Notes: a model not told the origin generated them from the letters alone. Shown: positions 17,379 through 27,060, counted from the stretch's first letter. The stretch is 47,030 nucleotides of DNA from Dehalococcoidia bacterium (GCA_041485445.1 JBGPJN010000002.1:1-47030); one strand, 5' to 3'. Made by a program: numbers and translations.

Positions 17379-18346
17379 ACCAACTTCCAGCAGTGGGCAT
17401 AGTGGCCTTCGCCCACCGTCACCGGCGTAGGATACTCGTGCAGGCACCGTTCAAAGGCATAGGGGCATCGCGGGGCGAAGGGGCAGCCCGGGGGCAGCTT
17501 GTCCAGGGCGGGAGGCTGTCCTTCAATGGCGTACAGCTTGTCCACCTCTTCGTCCACGTTGGGCACCGAGCGCATCAGCGCTTCCGTGTAGGGGTGGGAT
17601 GGCTTGTTAAACAGGTCCCGCACCGGCGCCAGCTCCACCATCTTCCCCGCATACATCACCGCCACCCGGTCGCACATCTTGGCCACAATGCCAAAGTCGT
17701 GGGTGATGAAGATGATGGACAGCCCGGTTTCCTTCTGAATCTCCTTGAGTAGCATCAGGTACTGATATTGGATGGTAGCGTCCAAAGAGGTGGTGGCCTC
17801 GTCGGCGATGAGCACTTTGGGGGATCCCGCCATGGCAATGGCCCCCACCACCCGCTGCCGCATGCCGCCGCTCATCTGGTGGGGATAGTTGCCCATGCGG
17901 TTTTCGGGTGAAGCGATCTTCACCTTGGACAGCAGCTCCACCGCCCGCTCCTTCAGTCCGCGGCCGAGCCCTTCGTCCCGCATCCGCAGGGTTTCAATGA
18001 GCTGGTTGCCCACGGTATACACGGGGTTAAGGGATGTCATGGGGTCCTGCAAGATCATGCAGATCTTGCGTCCCCGGATATGCTGCATCTCATTAGCGGA
18101 CTTTTGCAGCAGGTCCTCCCCCTCCAGCAGCACCTTGCCACCTACCGTTTTCCCCGCGGGCTTGGGCACCAGCCCCATGATGGACAGGGCGGTCATGCTC
18201 TTGCCGCTGCCCGACTCCCCCACTATACCCAGCGTTTCCCCGGGCAGCAGGGAAAAGCTCACCCCGTCCACCGCCTTCACCACGCCGGTGCGGGTGAAGA
18301 AATAGGTCCTCAGGTCCTGAACTTCCAGAACCGGCGCTTGGGCCAA
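17375..18346 (-). CDS. Peptide ABC transporter ATP-binding protein (OppD/DppD-type)
   Basis: Walker [10 protein letters not shown], signature [15 protein letters not shown]. Confidence 0.9.
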   Translation of the reverse strand: MAQAPVLEVQDLRTYFFTRTGVVKAVDGVSFSLLPGETLGIVGESGSGKSMTALSIMGLVPKPAGKTVGGKVLLEGEDLLQKSANEMQHIRGRKICMILQDPMTSLNPVYTVGNQLIETLRMRDEGLGRGLKERAVELLSKVKIASPENRMGNYPHQMSGGMRQRVVGAIAMAGSPKVLIADEATTSLDATIQYQYLMLLKEIQKETGLSIIFITHDFGIVAKMCDRVAVMYAGKMVELAPVRDLFNKPSHPYTEALMRSVPNVDEEVDKLYAIEGQPPALDKLPPGCPFAPRCPYAFERCLHEYPTPVTVGEGHYAHCWKLV

Positions 18347-18369
18347 AGTATCTCCCTCCTATACGCCGG

Positions 18370-19293
18370 CTAGGCTCGCCGAAGCTTGGGGTCCATAGTG
18401 TCGCGCATCCAGTCGCCGAAGAAGTTGAACGCCAGCACCACGATGGTGATGGACAAACCGGGCAGCAGGGACAACCACCACACGTCGACGATGACGGTGC
18501 GTCCCTCGGCCACCATAATGCCCCAGGCCGGTTCACCGGGGGGCAGCCCCAGCCCCAGGAAGCTCAGGGAGGCCTCCAGCAGGATCACCTGGCCGATCTG
18601 CAGGCTGGTGATGACCAACAGGGTGTTGACGATGTTGGGGAAGATGTGCCGGGCCATGATCATGAAGGGGGATACCCCGGCGATCTTGGCCTGGGTGATG
18701 AAGTCCAACTCCTTGATGCTGAGCACGTCGCCCCGGATCATGCGGGCGAACCGAGCCCAGACGGTGAGCAACACCGCCAGCACGATGTTCTGTATGCCAG
18801 CTCCCAAGAGCACCACGATGATCATGGCCACCAGGATCGTGGGAAATCCCAGCGCGGCGTCGGCGATGCGCATAATCAGCGCATCAACCCACCCGCCGCG
18901 GTACCCGGCCATCAGGCCTAGCGCGGTGCCTGCCACCATGCCGGTGCCCAGCGCCACCAGGCTGATGAACACGCTGGTGCGGGCCCCGTAAATCAGGCGG
19001 CTCAGCATGTCGCGGCCCATGACGTCGGTGCCCAGGGGATGGTTCCAGCTCCAGTTGGCGTCTTCCCCGCCCCAAAATGCGCTGATAATCGCCGGCGACA
19101 TGCGTGATTCCAGCATGTTGATCTCCACCGGATCGTGGGGCGCCAACACGTTGGCAAAGGCGGCGCAGGTAACCAGTACCGACACAATGGAGATAGATAC
19201 CCAAGGCAGCTTTAGCCTGCGGCTTCGGCTCCTCAGTTGCCTGAGCCATCCAGCCCTTGAAGCGGTAGTTGCGACGCTGGTTACGGTAGCCAT
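18370..19293 (-). CDS. Peptide ABC transporter permease (OppC/DppC-type)
   Basis: BPD_transp_1-type permease with multiple TM segments. The EAA-like region contains AKIAGVSPFMIMARHIFPN. Confidence 0.9.
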   Translation of the reverse strand: MATVTSVATTASRAGWLRQLRSRSRRLKLPWVSISIVSVLVTCAAFANVLAPHDPVEINMLESRMSPAIISAFWGGEDANWSWNHPLGTDVMGRDMLSRLIYGARTSVFISLVALGTGMVAGTALGLMAGYRGGWVDALIMRIADAALGFPTILVAMIIVVLLGAGIQNIVLAVLLTVWARFARMIRGDVLSIKELDFITQAKIAGVSPFMIMARHIFPNIVNTLLVITSLQIGQVILLEASLSFLGLGLPPGEPAWGIMVAEGRTVIVDVWWLSLLPGLSITIVVLAFNFFGDWMRDTMDPKLRRA

Positions 19294-19314
19294 AGCATCC
19301 TCCGCGCTGAGTAT

Positions 19315-20238
19315 TTAATCGTATCTGATTCTGGGGTTAACATAAGCGTACAGGATGTCCACCACCAGGGCGGAGACAATGTAGAAGAGCCCGGCCGCCA
19401 GCACGGTGGCCTGCACTATGGGGAAATCCCGGGTCTGAATCCCCTGGAGCATGAGGCGCCCGATGCCGGGCCAGGCAAACACCACCTCCACCGCCACCGA
19501 GCCGTTGAGCAACCCGGCCAGGGTCAATCCCGAGAAGGTCAGCAGGGGGATGATGGCGTTCTTGAGGGCGTGCTTGAAGATGACCAGCCGCTCCGCCAGC
19601 CCCTTGACCCGGGCGAACTTGACGTACTCGCTGTCCAGCACTTCCAGCATGCTGGAGCGGCCCAGGCGCACCATGCCGGCCATGGCGGCCCAGCCCAGCA
19701 CGAAGGAGGGCAGCACAAAGTGGTCCAAGCCCCCGCGGCCGAAGGTAGGCAGCCAGCCCAGGATCGCCCCGAAAAGCAGGATTAGCATGATGGCGATCCA
19801 AAAACTGGGGCTGGCGATGCCCAGTACCGCAAAAAACTTGGCGAAGAGGTCAATGGGCGTGTCGCGTTTCACCGCGGAGAGGATGCCCAGGGGGATTCCC
19901 ACCACTAGGGCTATGGTGAAGGCCGCGGAGGCTAGCTGCAAGGTGGCGGGGAACCGCTCCAGCAGAACTTCCCGGGCCGAGCGGCCCAGGATGTGGGACT
20001 TGCCAAAGTCGGCCCGCAGCACGTCGCCCATGAAGGAGATGTATTGAATGTGCAGGGGGCGGTCCAGCCCCAGGTTCTTCTTGAGCTGCTCGTACTCGGT
20101 ACGGCCAGCCTCGGACCCCAGGAGGTACTGGGCCGGGTCCCCAGTGAGGTGTACGCTGAGAAAGATGGCCAGGCTCAGGATCCACAGGGTGAACAACGCC
20201 TGAAACACGCGAAACAAGATGTATCGCTGCATATCCAC
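19315..20238 (-). CDS. Peptide ABC transporter permease (OppB/DppB-type)
   Basis: Typical N-terminus MQRYILFRVFQALFTLW and the EYVKFARVKGL motif. Confidence 0.9.
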   Translation of the reverse strand: MDMQRYILFRVFQALFTLWILSLAIFLSVHLTGDPAQYLLGSEAGRTEYEQLKKNLGLDRPLHIQYISFMGDVLRADFGKSHILGRSAREVLLERFPATLQLASAAFTIALVVGIPLGILSAVKRDTPIDLFAKFFAVLGIASPSFWIAIMLILLFGAILGWLPTFGRGGLDHFVLPSFVLGWAAMAGMVRLGRSSMLEVLDSEYVKFARVKGLAERLVIFKHALKNAIIPLLTFSGLTLAGLLNGSVAVEVVFAWPGIGRLMLQGIQTRDFPIVQATVLAAGLFYIVSALVVDILYAYVNPRIRYD

Positions 20239-20553
20239 CTCATGTGCCGACTGTGCTGGGCCGCTACCCCGACCCTGCTCTCATGGGCAGGGTACCTCTC
20301 GTGGCCGCCGAAACCAACCTGTGGAAACCAATCCCCAAGCGCCGGGACAACTGCGTCCGGCCAGCTACCCATTTTGGTGACGCCGTCACCAAGGGAACGT
20401 CCCTCAGCAGGCGCCTGGATACTAAAAGCGAAGCCACGTCATGCGCCCATCTCTTAGTCAAAAGAGCGCGCTTGCGTGGCCGCCGTTCTGACTCACCGTG
20501 CTATCCGGAACTGGTTAGCACACCTAAGTCAAGTACATCACCGAAGTTAATTG

Positions 20554-20582
20554 ATAGTATCATCTGAGGTCAAACGTGTCAA
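20554..20582 (-). promoter_or_regulatory. Internal promoter candidate for the permease/ATPase genes
   Basis: The minus strand reads TTGACA-17 nt-TACTAT. This implies a leader of about 310 nt before ATG 20238. Confidence 0.45.
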
Positions 20583-20593
20583 TCTGGGGGGGA

Positions 20594-20641
20594 AGTTCCG
20601 GCGCAGGCGTGGGCAATCAGCTGGGCGCCTGCGCCGGAATT
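20594..20641 (-). other. Strong intercistronic hairpin after the binding-protein gene
   Basis: TTCCGGCGCAGGCG (20596-20609) pairs perfectly with CGCCTGCGCCGGAA (20626-20639) around a 16-nt loop. It lies 8 nt after the stop at 20649 and has no U-tract. Confidence 0.6.
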
Positions 20642-20648
20642 CGTCGCG

Positions 20649-22490
20649 CTACTTCAAAACCATGCCGTGAATGTTAGAAGGGAAGAAGGCCAGCGGGTAG
20701 GGTTGCCACTGGACCACCCGCGGGCCCACGGCCCAGGGGATGTTCATGTAGCCGATGCCCAGCTCGTAGGACTCGTCCCTCCCCCGCTTGGCCAGGATGT
20801 TATTCTGCCTCTGCCGCTCCACCGGTTCCACCACGCCCAGGGCCAGACCGGTCAGGTCGAACAGGTCCGGGGTCTGGTGCAGCCGGGCCCCGTGGGTGGG
20901 GCTGCCGTAGGAAGAGAGCCACACGGCCGTCTTGTCCTGGCCGGCCTCATTGTCCCGCCACAGTACCTGGCCGTGGAGGGCGTCGGTCAGGGTGTCCCGC
21001 TTCAGGGCGGCCTCGTCGCCCACCTTCACCTCCACGTCCAGCCCTAGCTCCTTGCGCCAGAAGTCGGCGGCCAGCTGGGCCGACTCAGGTAGGAAGGGCA
21101 TGGCCGTGGAGACCCAGGTGTTGACCACCAGCTTGCCGAAGCCCTGGCCGTTGGGGTAGCCGGCCTGGGCCAGGAGCTGCTTGGCCTTGGCCACGTCCTG
21201 GGGCCAAACGTCCAGGTCCTTGCTGTAGCCGATGGTGCTGGGTGTGACGTGGGCCCAGCCCTTGGTCTGGAACACCTCCGGGCCGCCAAACAGCTTGTCC
21301 CGGATGATGTTCTTGTCTATGGCGTAGTCCAGGGCCTGGCGCACTTCCTTCTTGTAGCAGGGGTTCGCGGGCTTATAGCAGCCCAGCAGCATCACCCGCA
21401 CGTACAGCCCTTCCGGGCCGAAGACCAGGCGACCGTTGCCCGCTTCCACCTGTTTCTTGGTGGCGAGGCTGGCGGGGGCGATGTCGGCCTCGCCGGCGCG
21501 AATGGCGGCCACGCGGGTGGCCTCCTCCGGCACCAGGCGCAGCTCCAGGTTCTTGAACTTGGGCCGGCGGTCCTCCGGCAAGCCGTTCTTGGTCTGGTAG
21601 TAGTAGTCCTCAAACCGCTCGAAGGCCATCACCTCGGCGGGAACGTGCCGCGTCATGGCGAAGGGGCCGGAGCTGATGGGCTTCTTGTCGTAGGCCTCTT
21701 CCTGGGCGGTATCGTGGACCTTGGGCCGCTTGGGGTTGATGCCGTACCAGTTGCCCGCCGCTTCCGACACGTAGGCCCCGGCGAACCCGGCGTTGGCCTG
21801 GGTGAAGTTCATGCTGACCTGATTGGGTTGGGGCAGGGTGACGCTGCCCACGGTCCTGGCCAGGGCCTGGGCGCTGCTCTGGGTAGCCCGCTCCACCGCG
21901 GAGCCCGACTCGTCCTTGCCCCAGTAATGCATGAAGGTCCACCAAACGTCCTGAGCGGTGATGTTGCTGCCATCGTGGAACTTGCCGCCCTCCCGGATGG
22001 TGAAGAGCCAGGTCTTGCCGTCGGGGGAAACCTCCCATTTGGAGGCGATGCCGGGGATCAGCTCGGTCTTCTCGTTGGTGGCAACGAGGTATCCCTGGAG
22101 AAACCGGGCGAAGTTGTTGCCGCCGCCCACGGCGAAGTTGTAGGTGAACCGCTCGTTGCCCCAGCCGGCAATCATGAAGACCAGCTTGCCGGAGCTTATC
22201 GTCCCGGGGGCGGGGGCCGTGGTGGGCTTGGGCATGGCGGTGGGCGTGGCGGCGCCGGCCGCGGGCGCTGCGGTGGCGGTGGCCGCCGCGGGCGTGCCGG
22301 CGCCACGGGTTGGGGCTGGGGCTGCCGCCGTGGGGCCGGCGGTGGGAGCGGGCGTGGCGGTGGCGGCGGCGCCGCAAGCCACTGCCAGCAGCATCACCAG
22401 GGCCGCCGCTAGGCCGACCATGCCCAGCAAGCCGGTGGAAGTCCGTTGGACCCGCGGGTCAGGCCGCCGTCCCTCTGGCGGAGTTCCCAT
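20649..22490 (-). CDS. ABC transporter substrate-binding lipoprotein, family 5 (peptide/nickel)
   Basis: Start ATG 22490 is preceded by AGGAGGA. Signal and lipobox are LLAVACGAAATATPAPT. It is highly similar to the adjacent paralogue, for example ASLATKKQVEAGNGRL and FERFEDYYYQ.KNGLPEDRR. Confidence 0.88.
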   Translation of the reverse strand: MGTPPEGRRPDPRVQRTSTGLLGMVGLAAALVMLLAVACGAAATATPAPTAGPTAAAPAPTRGAGTPAAATATAAPAAGAATPTAMPKPTTAPAPGTISSGKLVFMIAGWGNERFTYNFAVGGGNNFARFLQGYLVATNEKTELIPGIASKWEVSPDGKTWLFTIREGGKFHDGSNITAQDVWWTFMHYWGKDESGSAVERATQSSAQALARTVGSVTLPQPNQVSMNFTQANAGFAGAYVSEAAGNWYGINPKRPKVHDTAQEEAYDKKPISSGPFAMTRHVPAEVMAFERFEDYYYQTKNGLPEDRRPKFKNLELRLVPEEATRVAAIRAGEADIAPASLATKKQVEAGNGRLVFGPEGLYVRVMLLGCYKPANPCYKKEVRQALDYAIDKNIIRDKLFGGPEVFQTKGWAHVTPSTIGYSKDLDVWPQDVAKAKQLLAQAGYPNGQGFGKLVVNTWVSTAMPFLPESAQLAADFWRKELGLDVEVKVGDEAALKRDTLTDALHGQVLWRDNEAGQDKTAVWLSSYGSPTHGARLHQTPDLFDLTGLALGVVEPVERQRQNNILAKRGRDESYELGIGYMNIPWAVGPRVVQWQPYPLAFFPSNIHGMVLK

Positions 22491-22620
22491 GTCATCCTCC
22501 TGCTGCGCCGCCCCGTGAACGCAAGAAACCGCTACATGGTTAGGCTGAATGTCACGAATACTTACCATCGTATTGCGGTTTACCTCAAGCTGTGTCGGGT
22601 AGCGCCATAAACTGTGCAGG

Positions 22621-22649
22621 ATGGTAACAAGAGAGGTGGGCATTGTCAA
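22621..22649 (-). promoter_or_regulatory. Promoter candidate for binding-protein gene 20649-22490
   Basis: The minus strand reads TTGACA-17 nt-TACCAT. Confidence 0.45.
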
Positions 22650-22836
22650 CGGAAGCGTATCGGCAATGAACTGGAGTCGTAGTGACGGATTGCGGACTTG
22701 GGTTATACCAGAACGTGGCGGGCCAGCGGTGGCGCAGACTGGGGGAAGCGAGAACAGACGTGGCCGTCCTGCGCCGGACCTGGGACAACCCGACGAGTGG
22801 CCCGAAGGGAAGGCCCCAGGCGGGCTAGGAGTGGCC

Positions 22837-22867
22837 AAAAAAGGGGGGAGCCGCGTTGGGCTCCCCC
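22837..22867 (-). terminator. Intrinsic terminator of binding-protein gene 22928-24688
   Basis: The minus strand reads GGGGGAGCC-CAACGC-GGCTCCCCC followed by CTTTTTTGG. A second 11-bp hairpin lies at 22887-22912. Confidence 0.7.
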
Positions 22868-22927
22868 AGTGGGTTTCCGTTGGACTGGCCCCCACGGCAC
22901 GCCGTGGGGGCCTTGCCGGAGCAGAGG

Positions 22928-24688
22928 CTACTTCAAGGTGATGGTGTGCAGCCCGGAGGGATAGAACGAGAAGGTGAAGGGCTGCCAGGCGGTGACCCGG
23001 GGGCCAACGCCCCAGGGGATGTTCACGTACCCGATGCCCAGCTCGTAGGATTCGTCCCGCAACCGCTTGTAAGTGGCGTTGAGGGCCGCGCCGCGCAGGG
23101 CCGGGTCGGTGACCGCCAGGGTCTTGGTAACCTCATCGAACAGCGTTTGGTCGTGGTGCTGGCGGTCGCCCTGGGTGGGCGTGCCGTAACCGGACCGCAT
23201 GATGCTGGCGCCGTCCATCCGCGCTTCGTTGTCCCGCACGGTAATCTGGCCGTTGAGCTCGCCGTTGCGCCGGGCCGCATTCAGGGAGGCCTCTTCGCCG
23301 ACCTTGACCTCCACGTCCAGCCCCAGCTCCCGCCGCCAGGTGTCGGCCATGAGGGTGGCGGCCTCGGGCATGAAGGGCAGGGACGCCGAGACCCAGGTGT
23401 TGACGATCAGCTTGCCAAAGCCCTGGCCGTTGGGGTAGCCCGCCTCGGTCATGAGCTGCTTGGCCCTGGCCACGTCCTGGGGCCAGGAGTCCAGGTCCGG
23501 GCTGTAGCCCAAGGCGCCGGGAGTCACGAACTCCCACCCCTTGGTGGAGAACACCTCGGGCCCGCCGTACAGGTTGTCCCGGATGACGTTCTTGTTCAGG
23601 GCCAGGTCCAGGGCCTGGCGTACCTTTTTGTCCTTGCAGGGGTACTTGGTGTAGTTGGCTTCCCAGCAGCCGCTGAGGACGACGCGCATATACACGCCTT
23701 CCGGGCCGAAGATCAGGCGGCCGTTGCCGGCCTCCACCTGCTTCTTGGTGGCCAGGCTGGCGGGGACAATGTCGGCGTCGCCGGCCCGCAGGGCGGACAC
23801 CCGGGTGGACTCCTCCGGCACCAGCCGCAGGTCCAAGAACTTGAACTTGGTCCGGCGGTCTTCCGGCAGGCCGTTCTTGGGCTGATAGTAGAAATCCTCG
23901 AACCGCTCGAAGGACATAACCTCAGCCTGGGTGTGCTTGATCAGCTTGAAAGGGCCCGCGCCGATGGGGTTGCGCTCGTAGGCAGCCACTTCGGCATCGT
24001 CGTTCATGTTGGCCCGCTTGGGCAGGATCATGCCGATCCAGTTGGGGCCGGCCTCAGCCAGCAGACCGGACGGGACGCCGGAGTCCACGTTCTTGGTGGT
24101 CATGCTGACCTGGTTGGGACCGGTCTGCTCGATCTTCTCCGCGTTGCGGGCGGCGGCCTGGCCGGTGGTGCCCTTGTTGTAAGCCAGACTATCCGGGCTC
24201 CATTCGTGGTTCATGGTCCAGGCGATGTCCGCGGCGGTGAGGGGCGAGCCGTCGTGGAACTTGACGCCGTCGCGGACGGTGATGGTCCAGGTCTTGCCGT
24301 CGGCGGAGACCTTCCAGTCGGAGGCGATGCCCGGGGTCATGCTGCCGTTGGGGTTAGCGGCGATGGGGAACCCGTGGATGAGACGGGCGTACTGGTTGCT
24401 GGTGCCGGTGCCGGCATAGACGTAGTCAAACCGCTCGGCGCCCCAGTTGCCGATCATCATGGTGAGCTTGGCGGGACTGACTGTCGTGGAAACTGGGCCG
24501 GCGGTGGGCTTGGGCATGGCCGTGGGTGTGCCGGCGCCAGCCGTGGGCGCCGCTGCAGTGGGGTTGGTTGTCGGAGCGGGCGTTGCGGTGGCGGCGGCGC
24601 CGCAGGCCAGCGCCAATAGCGATACCGACGCCACCCCTAGGCAGAGACCGTAGTGGACCAGTGACCGTGATCGGGACAATGAGCGCAT
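22928..24688 (-). CDS. ABC transporter substrate-binding lipoprotein, family 5 (peptide/nickel)
   Basis: Start ATG 24688 is preceded by GGGAGGA. Lipobox is LLALACGAAATATPAPT. It is a tandem paralogue of 20649-22490. Confidence 0.88.
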   Translation of the reverse strand: MRSLSRSRSLVHYGLCLGVASVSLLALACGAAATATPAPTTNPTAAAPTAGAGTPTAMPKPTAGPVSTTVSPAKLTMMIGNWGAERFDYVYAGTGTSNQYARLIHGFPIAANPNGSMTPGIASDWKVSADGKTWTITVRDGVKFHDGSPLTAADIAWTMNHEWSPDSLAYNKGTTGQAAARNAEKIEQTGPNQVSMTTKNVDSGVPSGLLAEAGPNWIGMILPKRANMNDDAEVAAYERNPIGAGPFKLIKHTQAEVMSFERFEDFYYQPKNGLPEDRRTKFKFLDLRLVPEESTRVSALRAGDADIVPASLATKKQVEAGNGRLIFGPEGVYMRVVLSGCWEANYTKYPCKDKKVRQALDLALNKNVIRDNLYGGPEVFSTKGWEFVTPGALGYSPDLDSWPQDVARAKQLMTEAGYPNGQGFGKLIVNTWVSASLPFMPEAATLMADTWRRELGLDVEVKVGEEASLNAARRNGELNGQITVRDNEARMDGASIMRSGYGTPTQGDRQHHDQTLFDEVTKTLAVTDPALRGAALNATYKRLRDESYELGIGYVNIPWGVGPRVTAWQPFTFSFYPSGLHTITLK

Positions 24689-24793
24689 AATCCTCCCTGG
24701 TGCATTGGGCTTGACCGGTTGTCGTCGCCCGACGGCTGAAGAGACACAAAATGGCCCCACGGCGCCTCGAAATACGTCGCGGGCAGGCTTGCC

Positions 24794-24822
24794 AGGTTAA
24801 CAGGTCGCCTTGGCCCTGTCAA
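24794..24822 (-). promoter_or_regulatory. Promoter candidate for binding-protein gene 22928-24688
   Basis: The minus strand reads TTGACA-17 nt-TAACCT. Confidence 0.45.
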
Positions 24823-25021
24823 TAAGCGTGGCGGTCCCGAATCGGTGGGTTTGGGTGTGAAAAGGCATCGCTGGAATCGGGACATGGCCGGCGCGCCGGC
24901 GGCAGGGGCCGGGGTAGTGGTCCGGTTAGGCCCGCGTCATTGCTATGAAAATAGCATCGTCATGCTGCTTCAAGGGTGACTTTATCTTAATCCCTCACGT
25001 GGCCTTCTCAAGGCCATCCCC

Positions 25022-25118
25022 GATTCCGGCGCAAAGCCTGCCCCGGCGAAAGCCGTGGGCCGGAATCCAACAGTGCTATCCAACCACGGCTGCGTGTGGA
25101 CACCGGCCTTCGCCGGTG
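25022..25118. repeat. REP-like CCGGC/GCCGG palindromic units
   Basis: GATTCCGGC (25022-25030) pairs with GCCGGAATC (25059-25067). A second unit is CACCGGC-CTTC-GCCGGTG at 25101-25118. Confidence 0.55.
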
Positions 25119-25235
25119 TGATGGATAGATTCTCCGTTCCCTAGCAACAACGAACTGAACCACTGCCGGGGCCGGCGGTTGCTGGAATTAAGCTACCGCG
25201 TTGGATAGAATGGTAGCTGGGATATTCGCGCGCGG

Positions 25236-26285
25236 TTGGCACGGAGGCCGGAGTTGGCCCGACACCAGGTGTTTGTGACTCGGCAGATCTTTCGTGAGGC
25301 CCTGGACATGATCTCCAGGGAGGCGGAGTTGGAGGTGTGGCCGGATGACTACCCGCCAACCCCTGAGCAGCTTCACCATAAGCTCGCCGGCGTGGACGCG
25401 GTGCTGACCACCGTCATGGACCGGATGGACCGGGCGGCCATGGAGGCGGCCCCACGGCTCAAGGTCATCAGCCAGTTGGCGGTGGGGCTGGACAACGTGG
25501 ATGTGGCGGAGGCCACTCGGCGCGGCATCCTGGTGGGGCACACTCCCGGCGTACTGGCCAGGGCCACTGCGGACCTCACCTTTGCGTTGCTGCTGTCGGC
25601 GGCCCGCCGGGTGAGCGAGGGCGATCGCTGGGTGCGGCAGGGCCAGTGGCAATTGGCGTTCCATCCCATGCGCTGGTTGGGAATGGATATCCACGGCGCC
25701 ACCCTGGGCATCGTGGGCCTGGGCCAGATCGGCCTGGAGGTGGCCAAGCGGGCGCGCGGGTTCGACATGACCCTGATTTATCACTCCCGCTCCCGCAATC
25801 CCCAGGTGGAGAACCAGTACGGTATCAAGTATGCGGAGCTGCCGGCCCTGCTGGCCGCCGCCGACTTCGTGACTCTCCACGTGCCCCTGACGCCGCAGAC
25901 CCGCCACTACATCGGCCAGAAGGAGCTGCGGATGATGAAGCCCACCGCCATTCTCATCAACGTGGCGCGGGGCGCGGTGGTGGACTCCAAGGCCTTGTAC
26001 GTTGCCCTGAAGGAGGGCTGGATTCGCGGCGCGGCGCTGGACGTGACCGATCCCGAGCCCATCCCCGCCGATGACCCGTTGCTGACGCTGGAGAATCTGT
26101 TGGTCACGCCCCACGTAGGCAGCGCCACGGTGGCGGCCCGGCGGGCCATGTGTCTGCTGGCCGCGCGCAACCTGGTGGCCGGGCTGAAGGGGCAGCGGCT
26201 GGAGAGTTGCGCCAACCCGGAGTTATACCAGGCTAAAGGATCCCAGCCGGGCGCCAGTGCGGGCGGCCAGCCGGCTCCCGAGTAA
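25236..26285 (+). CDS. D-isomer-specific 2-hydroxyacid dehydrogenase (glyoxylate/hydroxypyruvate reductase-like)
   Basis: NAD-binding GIVGLGQIGLEVAKRA, then LINVARGAVVD and PHVGSAT. The start is uncertain: TTG 25236 from the track, or TTG 25254 giving MARHQVFVTR. Confidence 0.85.
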   Translation: MARRPELARHQVFVTRQIFREALDMISREAELEVWPDDYPPTPEQLHHKLAGVDAVLTTVMDRMDRAAMEAAPRLKVISQLAVGLDNVDVAEATRRGILVGHTPGVLARATADLTFALLLSAARRVSEGDRWVRQGQWQLAFHPMRWLGMDIHGATLGIVGLGQIGLEVAKRARGFDMTLIYHSRSRNPQVENQYGIKYAELPALLAAADFVTLHVPLTPQTRHYIGQKELRMMKPTAILINVARGAVVDSKALYVALKEGWIRGAALDVTDPEPIPADDPLLTLENLLVTPHVGSATVAARRAMCLLAARNLVAGLKGQRLESCANPELYQAKGSQPGASAGGQPAPE

Positions 26286-26377
26286 ACGGCGCCGCGCCCT
26301 GGGTCAACCCGGAAACGCCGTAGACATGAATCATCCCGGAGTTTGGTATCCAGGAACGCGCTTGGGGCAACTTCGTC

Positions 26378-26466
26378 GTTCCGGCGGAGGCCGGAACCCA
26401 GAGTGACAGTTCTCCATCCATCTTCCGTCTCCAGGCGAAATGGTTGGATTCCGGCTTTCGCCGGAA
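26378..26466. repeat. REP-like CCGGC-tetraloop-GCCGG units
   Basis: GTTCCGGC-GGAG-GCCGGAAC at 26378-26397 and TTCCGGC-TTTC-GCCGGAA at 26449-26466. The latter, with flanks TGGATTCCGGC...CTTTCGCCGG, is an inverted copy of the 25022-25067 unit. Confidence 0.55.
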
Positions 26467-26607
26467 AGACGAGAGGTATGCCGCCGCGATTTGTGCTAGG
26501 GCGTACGGCGTTTCCTCTCTGGCGGCGCCCATTTGCCCTTCCCACTTTCTGCCCGAAAAATCCGGGACGACTCATGTCTGCACCTTGCCGCAGGCTGGCC
26601 CACAGGT

Positions 26608-27060
26608 TTACTCTCTGTGGTGCCGGCTCCGCTCATACCGGCCGAGGAACTCCTCCACGGGCGTGCCGGCAATCGCCCGGCCGATGGCCTCCAGGGGCAG
26701 GTCATCCAGCTTCTTGAACCGCACGCAGGACTTGCCCATGTTCGGCTTCTTCCCGGCTTTGGCAAACTCGGTCTGCAGCCATTCCACCGCTGTCTTGTCC
26801 TGGTACACCGCGGTCAGGTGCAGGGAGCAGTAGTTCTTCTGGGACGCCAGGGCGGCGTACGCCAGCGGCTGCTTATTGTAGGTCTTGGGGTACCGCTCCA
26901 GGGGCGCCTCGTAGCAGAGCCCGCCCCACCGCATGGTCTCCACGTAGCCTGGGGGCAGGTTGGCCAGGACGAGTTGGCGCACGGCGGCAATCAGGCGCCG
27001 GCGTTCTTCGGACAGTGCTTCCAGGTATGCCTCGGGCGTGGCCGCGGCGTTCTTGACCAC
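26608..27060 (-). CDS. DUF1801 (YdhG-like) domain protein
   Basis: PEAYLEALSEERRRLIAAVRQLV...KSCVRFKKLDDLPLEAIGRAI fits the DUF1801 pattern. The start is uncertain and GTG 27060 is proposed. The longer track ORF runs into the tRNA gene. Confidence 0.65.
   Translation of the reverse strand: MVKNAAATPEAYLEALSEERRRLIAAVRQLVLANLPPGYVETMRWGGLCYEAPLERYPKTYNKQPLAYAALASQKNYCSLHLTAVYQDKTAVEWLQTEFAKAGKKPNMGKSCVRFKKLDDLPLEAIGRAIAGTPVEEFLGRYERSRHHRE

Noticed and set aside
20239-20553. Possible known riboswitch (cobalamin, NiCo, TPP, SAM) in the permease leader
   Set aside because: I could not find the diagnostic conserved cores, for example a B12 box or a TPP CUGAGA element. It is reported only as an unexplained structured leader.
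22491-22895. N-terminal extensions of the two binding-protein ORFs (22491-22895 and 24689-24760)
   Set aside because: The internal ATGs at 22490 and 24688 are preceded by strong Shine-Dalgarno sequences and begin the signal peptides. The extensions run through predicted promoters and a terminator.
21249-24619. Long plus-strand ORFs (21249-22412 and 22856-24619) opposite the tandem binding-protein genes
   Set aside because: Antisense shadows with low-complexity G/A/R/V/H composition. The minus-strand genes have signal peptides, lipoboxes and mutual paralogy.
25907-26717. ORFs of 222, 124 and 129 aa across the 26.3-26.7 kb spacer
   Set aside because: They are translations of the palindromic CCGGC repeat units (PAKAGIQ, IPAFAGKT and FRRRPEP peptides). 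They overlap each other on both strands.
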